Positions 40,401 to 48,470 of a DNA stretch of 64,000 nucleotides are shown piece by piece (positions within the stretch are counted from its first letter, which is position 1; each line of letters opens with the position of its first letter). The DNA lies in the IMG/VR virus record IMGVR_UViG_3300041411_000178, positions 1-64,000 of that record. One strand, written 5' to 3'. Made by a program: the position numbers and the translations under genes. Below the pieces are notes generated by a model. It searched no databases, was not told the origin of the DNA, and worked only from the letters and a program-made list of their open reading frames with translations.

Positions 40401-40740
40401 TAAGCTGGGTATGAACAAACCGATGTACGGAATCCCGACTGGGATTGCCCTCACGGAAACTCGTAACCTGCTCGATGCCGGTAAGCAGAAGAATGCTCCT
40501 GAAGTTGACCCAAGTGTTGTTTCGTTCTTGGACAACATCAAGAAACGTGTACAGAAGTTGACGGACGAGTTGTTGAACACCAACGACAATATCCTCGCCA
40601 TGAGGTTGGAGGCTGAGATCAACAAGCTCAGCAGACTGCTCCCACCTGAAACGGCTAAACTCCTGACCGTGGATACCTTGATCGAGGAGGCTAAGCTCGA
40701 AAGGGCTAAGCGTATCTTGAGAGAACGTAAGCGCGCATAA
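37477..40740 (+). CDS. terL: Terminase large subunit, intein-containing
   Basis: FWYFLRE; Walker A PRQQGK/T split by the intein; GRGLT, YDEP Walker B; nuclease IGVDTS and HDDLVIAW. Confidence 0.92.
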   Translation: MDTTESDNTSAEARLKFAKELVEYLGAQNLPPELIDDRKNRVDWEKRTEDELVMAHFNEDSLSKIKTVRFLKDFPRYQAAADRTTKNTSFIRTAEIFRQQGIKNYFFLLQLNNPALIGVDPYDENLTNEQKVMVMHECETNFWYFLREVCKLRADRQFLANRGNISFIWNYLNHITQYMIMPRQQGKYQDDNDKVRKADGTWVRIGDLQAGDQVIDRYGKESTVIGIHAQGIKRLYRVHTSDGRYVSAGPEHLWTLADHSRTVNDDPVWDDYTTAEMITKLKDDVKLELPLIEAEKGVKQNLAIDPYVMGTLIGGQRIGGFILIKKVSESADAWIEENLPESLELVKKGNRREIHSTDENVKISFDPDMGLPANYLEGALEDRLAALQAFLDQGAIGEEGVVYNTTSRLVGGHVQYLARSLGGTASKAGSKITVTLPHSMALFKYKHVEEEFVFPNRLFVERIEYHGEAPCTCIEVDNEDHLYVTDDFLVTHNTVSVQVIAFWLTYIMGRGYKSHLVTLKSDNRAQFIDAIKKIRTCLPKYLVNPTWKDKDAGNYLTYKAFGEEHVNTLTISVPQMGEDAAGDLGRGLTVGTTNYDEPGYINWIEAIINGCSPSALTEMEICRDSGIPYGISYITTPNTTLHPSGAFMFEKLMTSTEWREKFFDSYSESHLKMRLLKASPRKTTSPSVALVYNYLQLGKDKAWVRETIDSLNLSLAKAKIDLLLMWVEDGENRVFDDITREAINNVKRDKVWSKEYRDSGLFIDFFVTQQELLEMAKKSYNDFFLIGVDTSSAINKDACTLIIRSMKTGKVIGVGRYQLAFLDDVTGIIVDMLATLENSLLVIERNYAHHMIDNLLVMLPAKGMDPFTRIYNTVFQDPVNHAKEYEAVQHTKFAHRSKSFYLKYKQFFGFITTSTSRQVLYGLIQEAVGNTGYGLHYDRLADELINLKTRGDRIDHDSKQHDDLVIAWLLTYWFIKLGMNKPMYGIPTGIALTETRNLLDAGKQKNAPEVDPSVVSFLDNIKKRVQKLTDELLNTNDNILAMRLEAEINKLSRLLPPETAKLLTVDTLIEEAKLERAKRILRERKRA
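38038..38955 (+). mobile_element. Class 3 intein (306 aa) in the TerL Walker A motif, with a degenerate LAGLIDADG domain
   Basis: Inserted between GK and T; ends THN/T; Trp-Cys-Thr triplet (EHLW, TCIEV, VTHN); DPYVMGTLIGG and LQAFLD remnants. Confidence 0.88.
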
Positions 40741-40745
40741 ACCAA

Positions 40746-40777
40746 ACCCTGGAGCCCCCGCAAGGAGGCTCCAGGGT
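40746..40777. terminator. Bidirectional terminator with GCAA loop
   Basis: ACCCTGGAGCCCCC-GCAA-GGAGGCTCCAGGGT between convergent genes. Confidence 0.8.
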
Positions 40778-40791
40778 AAGGGTCGTATTCG

Positions 40792-41472
40792 TTATGGCGA
40801 GCTGTGGGTAACCAAGATGCTCTTGATGATGCAGACGGAGCCGTCATCGACTGGGGTGTCTGGGGAATAATCAACCTGGTTGTACACACCGCCGTGGAAT
40901 TGGAGTAATTGGCGTTGCCAGGAGGAATCCATTTGCAGGTTGCACGGTTCGAATGCTACACCGTTGCAAGTCCCGTTGATCTGTACTTTACCGCTACGGG
41001 TTACCCCGATGTTCAGTTTGAACTTGGCACCCAGGGGTACATCACGCTGAATGCTGACGTTAACGATGTCTGGGTTAACAAAGCTCTTGCGGAAGCCGGC
41101 CGTGATATTGCCGCGATTCCAGAACACCTTGAGCGGTGGGGTGGTGGCGTCTTTGACATGGATCTGTCCGATAACCACCTTGTCAGCATGGTTAACTTTG
41201 GAAAGGATCATCTCCTGACGATTCCAATGACGGTCAGCACTGGAGAGTGACCAGTACTCGGCTTCTTTCCATTCACAGCGTGTACGTTTGGTGCTCTTGC
41301 TCGACGCACCTTGAGTAGGGGCTGACAACTGGAGGGAACCGTCTTCCAGTAAACAAGCAACGTTGGGATAAAGATCCAGGATTTCAAGAGCGGGCATTTC
41401 GAGGGCTACCAACGACTTCGCCGAGACGGGCAAAGGGGTAGCGATGGTGAAAGTGCTAAGGTCAATAGACAT
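40792..41472 (-). CDS. Polysaccharide lyase family 7 (alginate lyase-like)
   Basis: RTRCEWKE, VIGQIH and FHGGVYNQ correspond to the PL7 motifs RxELR, QIH and YFKAGxYxQ. Confidence 0.85.
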   Translation of the reverse strand: MSIDLSTFTIATPLPVSAKSLVALEMPALEILDLYPNVACLLEDGSLQLSAPTQGASSKSTKRTRCEWKEAEYWSLSSADRHWNRQEMILSKVNHADKVVIGQIHVKDATTPPLKVFWNRGNITAGFRKSFVNPDIVNVSIQRDVPLGAKFKLNIGVTRSGKVQINGTCNGVAFEPCNLQMDSSWQRQLLQFHGGVYNQVDYSPDTPVDDGSVCIIKSILVTHSSP

Positions 41473-41504
41473 GGTAGTCTCGCATGTTGGCTAGTAGTTC
41501 TTAT

Positions 41505-41544
41505 TAACCGCTCTCCTAGCCCGTGAAGACTAAGAGAGTGGTTA
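41505..41544 (-). terminator. Hairpin/terminator
   Basis: TAACCGCTCTCCTAG...CTAAGAGAGTGGTTA imperfect stem. Confidence 0.55.
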
Positions 41545-41563
41545 GGGGAGGAGTTACATAAAA

Positions 41564-41995
41564 TCAGAACCATTCGGTCCGTTCGATAATGATGTTGAGT
41601 GTCGTCTCCATACAGGACAGTTGTGACACCATCAGCTGTATTTCCCAATCAGTAACGTGGAAGGTATCCACATCATTGATCTCTTGTTTCAGTGTTGCGA
41701 TGTCATGCTCCAGTTGGACCTTCTTGGCGAAGAGCCGTTGTTGCTCTGGAGTGTACGTCCCCATATTCCCCATGTTCAGATAAGCATTTTCATGCTGCTC
41801 CTTGGGAGCCCAGGAGATGTAACCTTGGTGGTCAGGGTGATTTGGTTTACCGCCGTCCAAATACTCGACCAGATAGCCTGGTTCAGCGCCATCTTCATCA
41901 GCTGGCATCTCCCAGCCTCTGTAATCGTTGTACACCGATTTTGTCATCGGCTTTGACTTAACGATTTTCGTTCCTACGAAGTGTTGAAGATCCAT
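41564..41995 (-). CDS. Two-domain phage protein (GTK..PMT/GYISW.P domain plus helical crAss001_48-like domain)
   Basis: FVGTKIVKSKPMT, GYLVEY.DG, YISWAPK; C-terminal QQRL...QL..M...L.IIIER. Confidence 0.7.
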   Translation of the reverse strand: MDLQHFVGTKIVKSKPMTKSVYNDYRGWEMPADEDGAEPGYLVEYLDGGKPNHPDHQGYISWAPKEQHENAYLNMGNMGTYTPEQQRLFAKKVQLEHDIATLKQEINDVDTFHVTDWEIQLMVSQLSCMETTLNIIIERTEWF

Positions 41996-42010
41996 GAATG
42001 GTCTCCGGTG

Positions 42011-42577
42011 TTAAGGGTTGAGAAGCATCCCAATCTCAGAGCGACCGCCGTTACCAAACTCGTATTGAACATACTTGAAACGAGACATGGCGTCGCCCAT
42101 CCGTTGGGCACGTGTTTCAAACAGCTCGGTGTAGCCTTCCACAAGATCTTCCTCATCCGTTCCTTTCACAAGGATAACACCCGCAGGATAAGCGACCCCA
42201 CCCAGAGATTGCAACATCTCCAGGTTTTCCTTCAAGACAGTCTGGAAGGAATCTACCGTGTAGTCCATCCAACGCATGTCATGAATCAACCCGCCTTTGA
42301 CGAGCACAATTTCACACTCGTCCAGGCAGGGCAGTAAGGTTTCTTTGTAGAACTTTGAACGGGCCTCAAGAAGAGCCACAATCTTTTCCTCGTTGCTCTT
42401 GTCGGGGTGTGTAAGCGTCATCCAGAGTTCGCGGTTTGCGCCCAAGGCATCGGATCCCACACCGACGTCAGTACAAATCGCAACCTTCTTGCCCTGTAGG
42501 GTAAGTCGATCTTTGATTTGATCAATGGCCGCATTTACGTTCAGCTCGTTTTGACCATCCACGTTAAAGTAATGCAT
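42011..42577 (-). CDS. Degenerate thymidylate-kinase-fold protein
   Basis: Topology echoes TMK (NVDG..., LLEARS...LLPCL...IVLV, PAGVIL) but there is no GKT P-loop. Confidence 0.5.
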   Translation of the reverse strand: MHYFNVDGQNELNVNAAIDQIKDRLTLQGKKVAICTDVGVGSDALGANRELWMTLTHPDKSNEEKIVALLEARSKFYKETLLPCLDECEIVLVKGGLIHDMRWMDYTVDSFQTVLKENLEMLQSLGGVAYPAGVILVKGTDEEDLVEGYTELFETRAQRMGDAMSRFKYVQYEFGNGGRSEIGMLLNP

Positions 42578-42586
42578 TCAACCTCC

Positions 42587-43969
42587 TTACTCAAAATAGT
42601 CCTTGCTCAGGATACGCAGCACAATGTACAGACACAGTGCCGTGCGTACCAGTTGCACGGTTTGTTGGGTTTTGACCCCAGTACGTTCTTTGACGATTTC
42701 GTCACCCAGGGTTCGGATCACCTTAACGGTATCGTTCTTGCTTCGAGGGGCACCGTAGGCACCGCGCATCTTGATCAAGACGTCATAGACGTTGGTTTTC
42801 TTAATACCATTGGTATGCAGGTACTCAAACATGTGCTGAAGGACTGCATCAGCGAACTGTTTGTACTCCGGCTTCTTCGGGTTGTTGTACATCGTCGGGA
42901 ACTGCTGAATAACATACGCCAACTTATCGCGAGGGCAACCTTCCAGCGCATCCGCAGAGTACTTGATCAACTCGTCCTTGTAGAACGAGGTCTCCTCAGT
43001 GAGGATACGATCCAGGTAGAGACCAAACTGCGTGATCTCTTTGGTCTGCGTCTTCAAAGCCAGTTCGTCACCGAGGTTAACCTTGGCTCCGTCAATCCGC
43101 ACGATGTCAGTTTTGTTCTTGACGTCGTGGAAGACTTTGTTGATGTCGTTAATAGCCCGACGCAAACGGTTCTGGATATCACCGACCATGTAGACGATTT
43201 TCTTGTCGTCATCCATCTTGGAGAAAGCGTCGTAGTGGATACCCGTCTTCGGATTGATAATGAACTCAGCCCGAGCTTCGATCAGTGCACGCCAGCTACC
43301 GTAACGCTTGATGTCGTATTTCAGACTCAAGCGGTTGTAGGTTTCCATCGCCACTTCTTTCCGTGCCATGAACGGATAGTCGTTGTGAATGATCGAGGTC
43401 AAACACTTGTAGTGGTACATCGCCAGGATGTCGATCATGGCCTGGTGTTTGGTGTCCTTGCTCAGACTTGAGCGATTGACCCGATACAGCAGGTACGGAA
43501 TGGTCAGGTTGAAGGTATCACCCACCACACTCCATTCCTTGTTCACCGCTTTGGCTGCGTGCAGGTTTTCTTTGAGTTCCTCTTCATCAACGTCGAAGAT
43601 CTCAGAGAACCACTGGTTACGGTCGGCCGTCGTGAAGGTGATCTTGTGCAAACCCAGATACGGAGAACCGAAGAACTCCATATGACTGACCACGCCTACG
43701 GTCCGGGTTACGAACGAATAGACATAACGGCGAAGTGTCTTGGCCCACTTCTCGTCAACTACCAGGAAATCACCGAACGAGTTGCAGATGTCCAGGATCG
43801 CATGGTTGCTGTCGAAGTTGATGCCGTTGAGCAAAGCCTCAGCACCCGTGACCGACTGGATCTCTTGAGGCTCGATCGGGTACAGGTACAGTCCGCCTTG
43901 AGCGAGGATCGAGTGTTCCTCCAGACCTTCAAACAAACTGAAGATCGAGGGTTCAATGAAAGATGTCAT
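42587..43969 (-). CDS. Conserved jumbo-phage protein
   Basis: 460 aa, TGATG overlap with the upstream gene, conserved position between TerL and PhuZ. Confidence 0.7.
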   Translation of the reverse strand: MTSFIEPSIFSLFEGLEEHSILAQGGLYLYPIEPQEIQSVTGAEALLNGINFDSNHAILDICNSFGDFLVVDEKWAKTLRRYVYSFVTRTVGVVSHMEFFGSPYLGLHKITFTTADRNQWFSEIFDVDEEELKENLHAAKAVNKEWSVVGDTFNLTIPYLLYRVNRSSLSKDTKHQAMIDILAMYHYKCLTSIIHNDYPFMARKEVAMETYNRLSLKYDIKRYGSWRALIEARAEFIINPKTGIHYDAFSKMDDDKKIVYMVGDIQNRLRRAINDINKVFHDVKNKTDIVRIDGAKVNLGDELALKTQTKEITQFGLYLDRILTEETSFYKDELIKYSADALEGCPRDKLAYVIQQFPTMYNNPKKPEYKQFADAVLQHMFEYLHTNGIKKTNVYDVLIKMRGAYGAPRSKNDTVKVIRTLGDEIVKERTGVKTQQTVQLVRTALCLYIVLRILSKDYFE

Positions 43970-44817
43970 CAGAATCTCCTTGGTACGGCACGACGTACGG
44001 CATCAGTCACACGCTGACGGTCACTGTAGGCCATCCGCTTGGTCCATTCCGTAGTGAGGTATTCGTGGTAGTCTTTCCAGGCATCACGATATTCCATGAT
44101 GTCGTCTTTGATGTCACTCAAAGAAACACCGCTACGGATAATCGCTTCCTGGGTTGGTCGACGGCAGGTCCGGTAGATGTGTGCCTTAACGGCCAACTCT
44201 ACCAGGTGAGCAAAGTGTTCATACTGGCGTGTCGAAATACTGCTCAGACCTTCATCGTACTCCAGGATCATCTTGGCCGACATCGAGTAAGTACCCGAAC
44301 TCAAACCAAAGATCACGAAGCAGTTGTTACCGGTCATATGGATGTTGTTGTAGGTCACCGGCATCTGACGGTTGGAGCTGAGGCTGTCCACCAGCGCTTC
44401 AGTCATGTCCGAGACGCTACCTTGTCCACACATCTCGCTGCTGTTAACCGTCATACCCAGCATGCCCGTCGACGAGGTCATCGAACCCAGGTAGATCTCG
44501 GTCACGGAAATGATCTTGCGACCACCGGTAACAATGTCCGGTACGTTTACTTCAATACATGCGTTACCCAGGTCCCGGATACGAGCACCGGTCAGGTCGA
44601 TGAACTCGGTCTTGCCACCGTTGGCATTACAGGCTGGCAGTACAGTACGGTGAATTACTTTCTCACGGATACCCTGTTCCACAGTCGTGTGGTTAACCAG
44701 GTTGTACCAGTTGCCTGCGAAGTTACCATTGGGGGCTTCGAAAGCAAGTTTAAGCAGGTAGTCATCGATGTCACAGTTGGTGACCCGATTGATGGCATAA
44801 TCCACCGCATTACTCAT
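43969..44817 (-). CDS. Conserved jumbo-phage (virion) protein
   Basis: 282 aa; TATG late-promoter-like motif about 35 nt upstream. Confidence 0.7.
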   Translation of the reverse strand: MSNAVDYAINRVTNCDIDDYLLKLAFEAPNGNFAGNWYNLVNHTTVEQGIREKVIHRTVLPACNANGGKTEFIDLTGARIRDLGNACIEVNVPDIVTGGRKIISVTEIYLGSMTSSTGMLGMTVNSSEMCGQGSVSDMTEALVDSLSSNRQMPVTYNNIHMTGNNCFVIFGLSSGTYSMSAKMILEYDEGLSSISTRQYEHFAHLVELAVKAHIYRTCRRPTQEAIIRSGVSLSDIKDDIMEYRDAWKDYHEYLTTEWTKRMAYSDRQRVTDAVRRAVPRRF

Positions 44818-45011
44818 GATAGGATTCTCGATGGGATGAAATGAGGGAAGTCATAGCATCGTATATCTTTTTTCACTTTTCACTTTTTGGAAGGTATCAT
44901 TTCAGGTGGGTTATGGGGATACCCTGTAGGGTAGATTACCCTCTGGCTATAAAACGTCTCAAATCGCTTCTCAGGAGATCGGTGGATAGATATGAAGGTA
45001 GGGTAGGATAT

Positions 45012-45028
45012 TCTTAGGTCTACATTAT
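45012..45028 (+). promoter_or_regulatory. Early promoter (variant)
   Basis: TCTTAGGTCTACATTAT, preceded by GATAT as in other copies. Confidence 0.6.
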
Positions 45029-45298
45029 CTGGTTGATAGGAAATAAAGGTATTTTTCTACTCATTTCTCCTAATCATATACGGAGAAAAGTGGGGAGGGG
45101 GTCTAACAGTAAAACAGCAACAGTTTAGTAAAAGTGTTTAACTCAGTTAGCAACAAAGAAAAGAAACATTACTTATTAAAACTCTCTATGACTGAGGTCA
45201 TGGAGGGGTAAGGGGATATATGCGGGCTGAAAGGTTATTTCTAACCCTAAGACGCATATTCTAGAAAAACTATTTAGAAGTAACGTGAGGAGAGACCT

Positions 45299-45841
45299 AT
45301 GACAACGATTTGCTGGGATGGGAAGAAACTTGTCAGTGATTCACAGGTGACAGCCGGCATGCAGATCTCACCTGGGGGACTGCGGAAGATCTACACCCCT
45401 GAAGAAGGTGAGTATTGGGATGTGAACGGCCATCGTGTTTTGGCTGCTGGCATTTCGGGGGACGGTAAGTCGATTGAATACGTCAGGGAACACCTGCGAG
45501 TTGGTGTGACCTACAAAACGAGAATTGAGGATGTAGACGAACTCAACTTCTCTGCACTGCTGATCGCTGAAGACGGCAATTGCTATCGCTGGGGAATGAC
45601 TAAGCGTCAGGGTCGTCCTCTGATGACAGACATCGTACCACTGCTGCCTCCTACTGCCGTAGGTTCTGGGCAAACCTTTGCACTGGCAGTGATGTCGATT
45701 GGCAAACCCGCAGAAGCCGCTGTACGCGCCGCTATCCGTCACGACAAGTGGTCCGGTGGCGATCTGCAAATCTGGGAAGTCCCACCTAAACCCGCCACCA
45801 AGTCCGTTCGACCAGTGGTTACCGAACCTACACCCGCTTGA
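45299..45841 (+). CDS. HslV/proteasome-beta-like Ntn hydrolase, copy 1
   Basis: N-terminal MTTI, SDSQ, RKI, AVGSG: Thr1/Asp/Lys/GSG pattern. Confidence 0.8.
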   Translation: MTTICWDGKKLVSDSQVTAGMQISPGGLRKIYTPEEGEYWDVNGHRVLAAGISGDGKSIEYVREHLRVGVTYKTRIEDVDELNFSALLIAEDGNCYRWGMTKRQGRPLMTDIVPLLPPTAVGSGQTFALAVMSIGKPAEAAVRAAIRHDKWSGGDLQIWEVPPKPATKSVRPVVTEPTPA

Positions 45842-45856
45842 TCAGGAAAACACATC

Positions 45857-46468
45857 ATGTCAACAGCCGCATTCGACGGTAAACTTCTGGTCACTGACTC
45901 GGCCATCCACACCGGCGGGCAAATCAGCCCCAGTGAGTTCCGCAAGATCTATACACCAGAAGAAAATGAGTACTGGGAGATCTGCGGTGTTAAAGCAATC
46001 GCATTTGCTCTGATCGGTACTCCCATTGTCTACCCGCAGTTCCGCAAGATATTGCAGGACGGCATGGATCACAGTTCTGACGCAACGGTATTTGACGGTA
46101 CATTCGAAGCCATTGTGGTGGGTGAAAACGGCGCCGGGTACCAGATCATCTTGTCGGAATCCAACAAGGAAGGCAAGAAGCAAATACTGCAAATCGTTCC
46201 AGGTACCGGATTCCTTGCCGTTGGGGACGGCGATCAATTCGCGTTGGCTGTAATGTCTGTCGGTAAGTCTGCTCGTGTGGGTGTCAAGGCGGCGATCAAC
46301 CTGTGCATTGAGAGCGGGGGCAATCTCCAGGTATTCGAAGTACCACCGCCACCTGAGACACCTTCTGTGCGTCCTAAGAAGGGGTACCCAACAACCGAAG
46401 AGTCGCTGGCCCAGCTTCGGGAATTGGTCAAGGAAGAAGAGCGTCAGGAAGCCAAAGCCAAGGCGTAA
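45857..46468 (+). CDS. HslV/proteasome-beta-like Ntn hydrolase, copy 2 (variant)
   Basis: Paralog of copy 1 (RKIYTPEE.EYW, FALAVMS.GK); starts MST and has GDG for GSG. Confidence 0.75.
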   Translation: MSTAAFDGKLLVTDSAIHTGGQISPSEFRKIYTPEENEYWEICGVKAIAFALIGTPIVYPQFRKILQDGMDHSSDATVFDGTFEAIVVGENGAGYQIILSESNKEGKKQILQIVPGTGFLAVGDGDQFALAVMSVGKSARVGVKAAINLCIESGGNLQVFEVPPPPETPSVRPKKGYPTTEESLAQLRELVKEEERQEAKAKA

Positions 46469-46477
46469 TTTTCTATG

Positions 46478-46696
46478 CTATGTGAACTCGTGAGTTTGCT
46501 CCTGCTTGAAGATAGTTAGCCCTGGCGTACCCGCGGGAATAGTTTGGAGTCCCCTACCCGCAACAGTTGGTTGTCCCCCATTAACGACCGGCTGTCCTGA
46601 CAAGTTATCGTTGGGAAAAGCTCCACCTGCCAAAGATATTTCCATCGTGCCCAGTCCTCCTAAACGGGGATTGGGTGCGGTGGGACTATTTTGCAT
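46478..46696 (-). CDS. Possible small Gly/Pro-rich protein
   Basis: 72-aa ATG ORF in an otherwise empty gap; weak SD. Confidence 0.3.
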   Translation of the reverse strand: MQNSPTAPNPRLGGLGTMEISLAGGAFPNDNLSGQPVVNGGQPTVAGRGLQTIPAGTPGLTIFKQEQTHEFT

Positions 46697-46856
46697 TTTG
46701 TTTTTTCTTACTCAGTAGCTATATTTTATACTTGCACACGCCGTCCGGTTTTTCTCGTAGCTGGGTTATCCGGAGGGGGTTTATTGGAGGTGGGTCCTAC
46801 TGTCCTTCGGTTTGCAGGTATTCTCACTCACAAGTGTTTAAGTCTTTTCTGAGGAC

Positions 46857-46895
46857 ACCCCCTGTTTGCCTCGTTTGCGGCAGGGGTTCTTTTTC
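46857..46895 (+). terminator. Intrinsic terminator upstream of the PhuZ promoter
   Basis: CCCCTG...CAGGGG stem followed by TTCTTTTT. Confidence 0.6.
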
Positions 46896-46951
46896 ACTTG
46901 TAGTCAGATTCTTAGGTAGTGTTGGCAATGGGTTGACGTCTTGTAAAAAGA

Positions 46952-46968
46952 TTTCAAGCCTACATTAC
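46952..46968 (+). promoter_or_regulatory. Early promoter of phuZ
   Basis: TTTCAAGCCTACATTAC. Confidence 0.8.
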
Positions 46969-47031
46969 CTGTGTGTTGACCATAAACGGTCTAACGAATT
47001 CTTCCAACTGGTAACTCAAAGAGAACTTCAC

Positions 47032-48030
47032 ATGAATGCGAATACTTCTGATCTGGCATATTTCCTCTGCGGTGGTACCGGGATCAACATCGGCGTGGCT
47101 CTGAAAAAGGGTACTCACACCGACAACAACAAAAACGCTTTCTTCGTGGGCCTGGACTCCTCGGACCGCAACAGCTCCAACGATCTGTTCGAAGTCGTGC
47201 AGATGGCCGTTGCCAACGATCCAGACCAGAAAGCCAAGGGCTCGGGTAAAGTCAAAGCGACCAACTACCCACAGGCTGAGCAGTTCGTGACTCAGTTCCT
47301 GACCAAGCACAAGCCGCGCGATTACAACATCATCGTCTGCTCCACCGGCGGTGGTACTGGTTCCATGCTGGCCTTCGTTCTGGCGCGCATGCTGTTCGAA
47401 CGCGATCAACTGGTTGTGCTGTGCTTCGTCAACGACAAGACCTCGCAGGTTGAAGAGATCAACGTCGTGAACAGCTACCGTTCGTACGCATCGCTGACCA
47501 CCCCAGGTTCGCTGAATCGCGTCGTTCCGTACATGGAATTCGACAACACCCTGACCAACACTCGCGGTGAAGTCAACCAGATGATCATCGACAAGCTCGA
47601 TGTGGCCAGCCTGTTCCTGACCAACGCGAACAAAGAGCAAGACCACACCGACCTGAAGAACCTGCTGAACTTCAGCAAGCACTACGGCGTTCCACCGTCC
47701 ATGTCGCGCATCCGCTTCTACGACGAAAACGGCGTGGCAGACTTCAAGGGCAAAGTGCCGGTTGCGGTCTCCTCCCTGTTCGAAAGCAGCGATGCGGTCA
47801 TCCCACGTTTCAACGGCACCGTGATCCGTTCCACCGGCGTGTTCGCTGACGGCGTTAAGCGTCCAAGCAACGCCAACGAACTGCACATGGTCCTGGACCA
47901 CGGCGAGGCTCTGAAAGAGCTGGAGAAACACATCGAAGCCATGGAAACCCGCAAGGTCGAAACTCAATCGTCCTTTACCCAGCAGAAGGATCTCTCTGCC
48001 GGCGCGGACGACAAAGGCTTCTTCCTGTAA
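47032..48030 (+). CDS. phuZ: PhuZ phage tubulin (332 aa; start is ATG 47032, not 46675)
   Basis: CGGTGINIG, GLDSS, GSGK, GGGTGS tubulin signature; start lies downstream of the early promoter. Confidence 0.93.
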   Translation: MNANTSDLAYFLCGGTGINIGVALKKGTHTDNNKNAFFVGLDSSDRNSSNDLFEVVQMAVANDPDQKAKGSGKVKATNYPQAEQFVTQFLTKHKPRDYNIIVCSTGGGTGSMLAFVLARMLFERDQLVVLCFVNDKTSQVEEINVVNSYRSYASLTTPGSLNRVVPYMEFDNTLTNTRGEVNQMIIDKLDVASLFLTNANKEQDHTDLKNLLNFSKHYGVPPSMSRIRFYDENGVADFKGKVPVAVSSLFESSDAVIPRFNGTVIRSTGVFADGVKRPSNANELHMVLDHGEALKELEKHIEAMETRKVETQSSFTQQKDLSAGADDKGFFL

Positions 48031-48047
48031 GTCAGCGTAGATAGTGT

Positions 48048-48098
48048 AGGGTACCGGGGAGTGATCCTCGGTACCTTATAGCTGCTACATTGTTTTTT
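48048..48098 (+). terminator. Terminator after phuZ
   Basis: AGGGTACCGGGGA-GTGA-TCCTCGGTACCTT. Confidence 0.7.
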
Positions 48099-48129
48099 GA
48101 TATCTTTTTCCACAGCCAAACTCATTACT

Positions 48130-48459
48130 ATGAGGCATGGTTTTTATAAAGGGGTCAAGAAGGTGTCTAGAAGCTTCTCTCTGGATTTAAAATCCTATAC
48201 CCTGGACGTACCAGTGGGTGGCGATCAAAGTTGCTTAAATCGTGCTGTATCCACGATGGATCTCCATTCCATACTCGTCGATGAGGGGTTTAATTCATTC
48301 GAATGCTCCAGAGCCTATCACCGGATCTGGGGAAATGACATTAACGCGTTACGGGATCAGGTAGCTAACAAGTTGTTGGGGGTACCTAGAGACGCTGTGG
48401 TTAAAATGCAGACTTTCGGTAAACTTCGTCAGCATGTATTGGTTACGCTGAAATACTAA
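48130..48459 (+). CDS. Hypothetical protein (start uncertain)
   Basis: First gene of a tightly packed small-gene cluster between phuZ and the DNA polymerase. Confidence 0.6.
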   Translation: MRHGFYKGVKKVSRSFSLDLKSYTLDVPVGGDQSCLNRAVSTMDLHSILVDEGFNSFECSRAYHRIWGNDINALRDQVANKLLGVPRDAVVKMQTFGKLRQHVLVTLKY

Positions 48460-48470
48460 AGGGGCCAGCA

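Noticed and set aside
46675-47031. 119-aa N-terminal extension of PhuZ in the ORF track
   Set aside because: It spans a terminator and the early promoter; tubulin homology begins at ATG 47032
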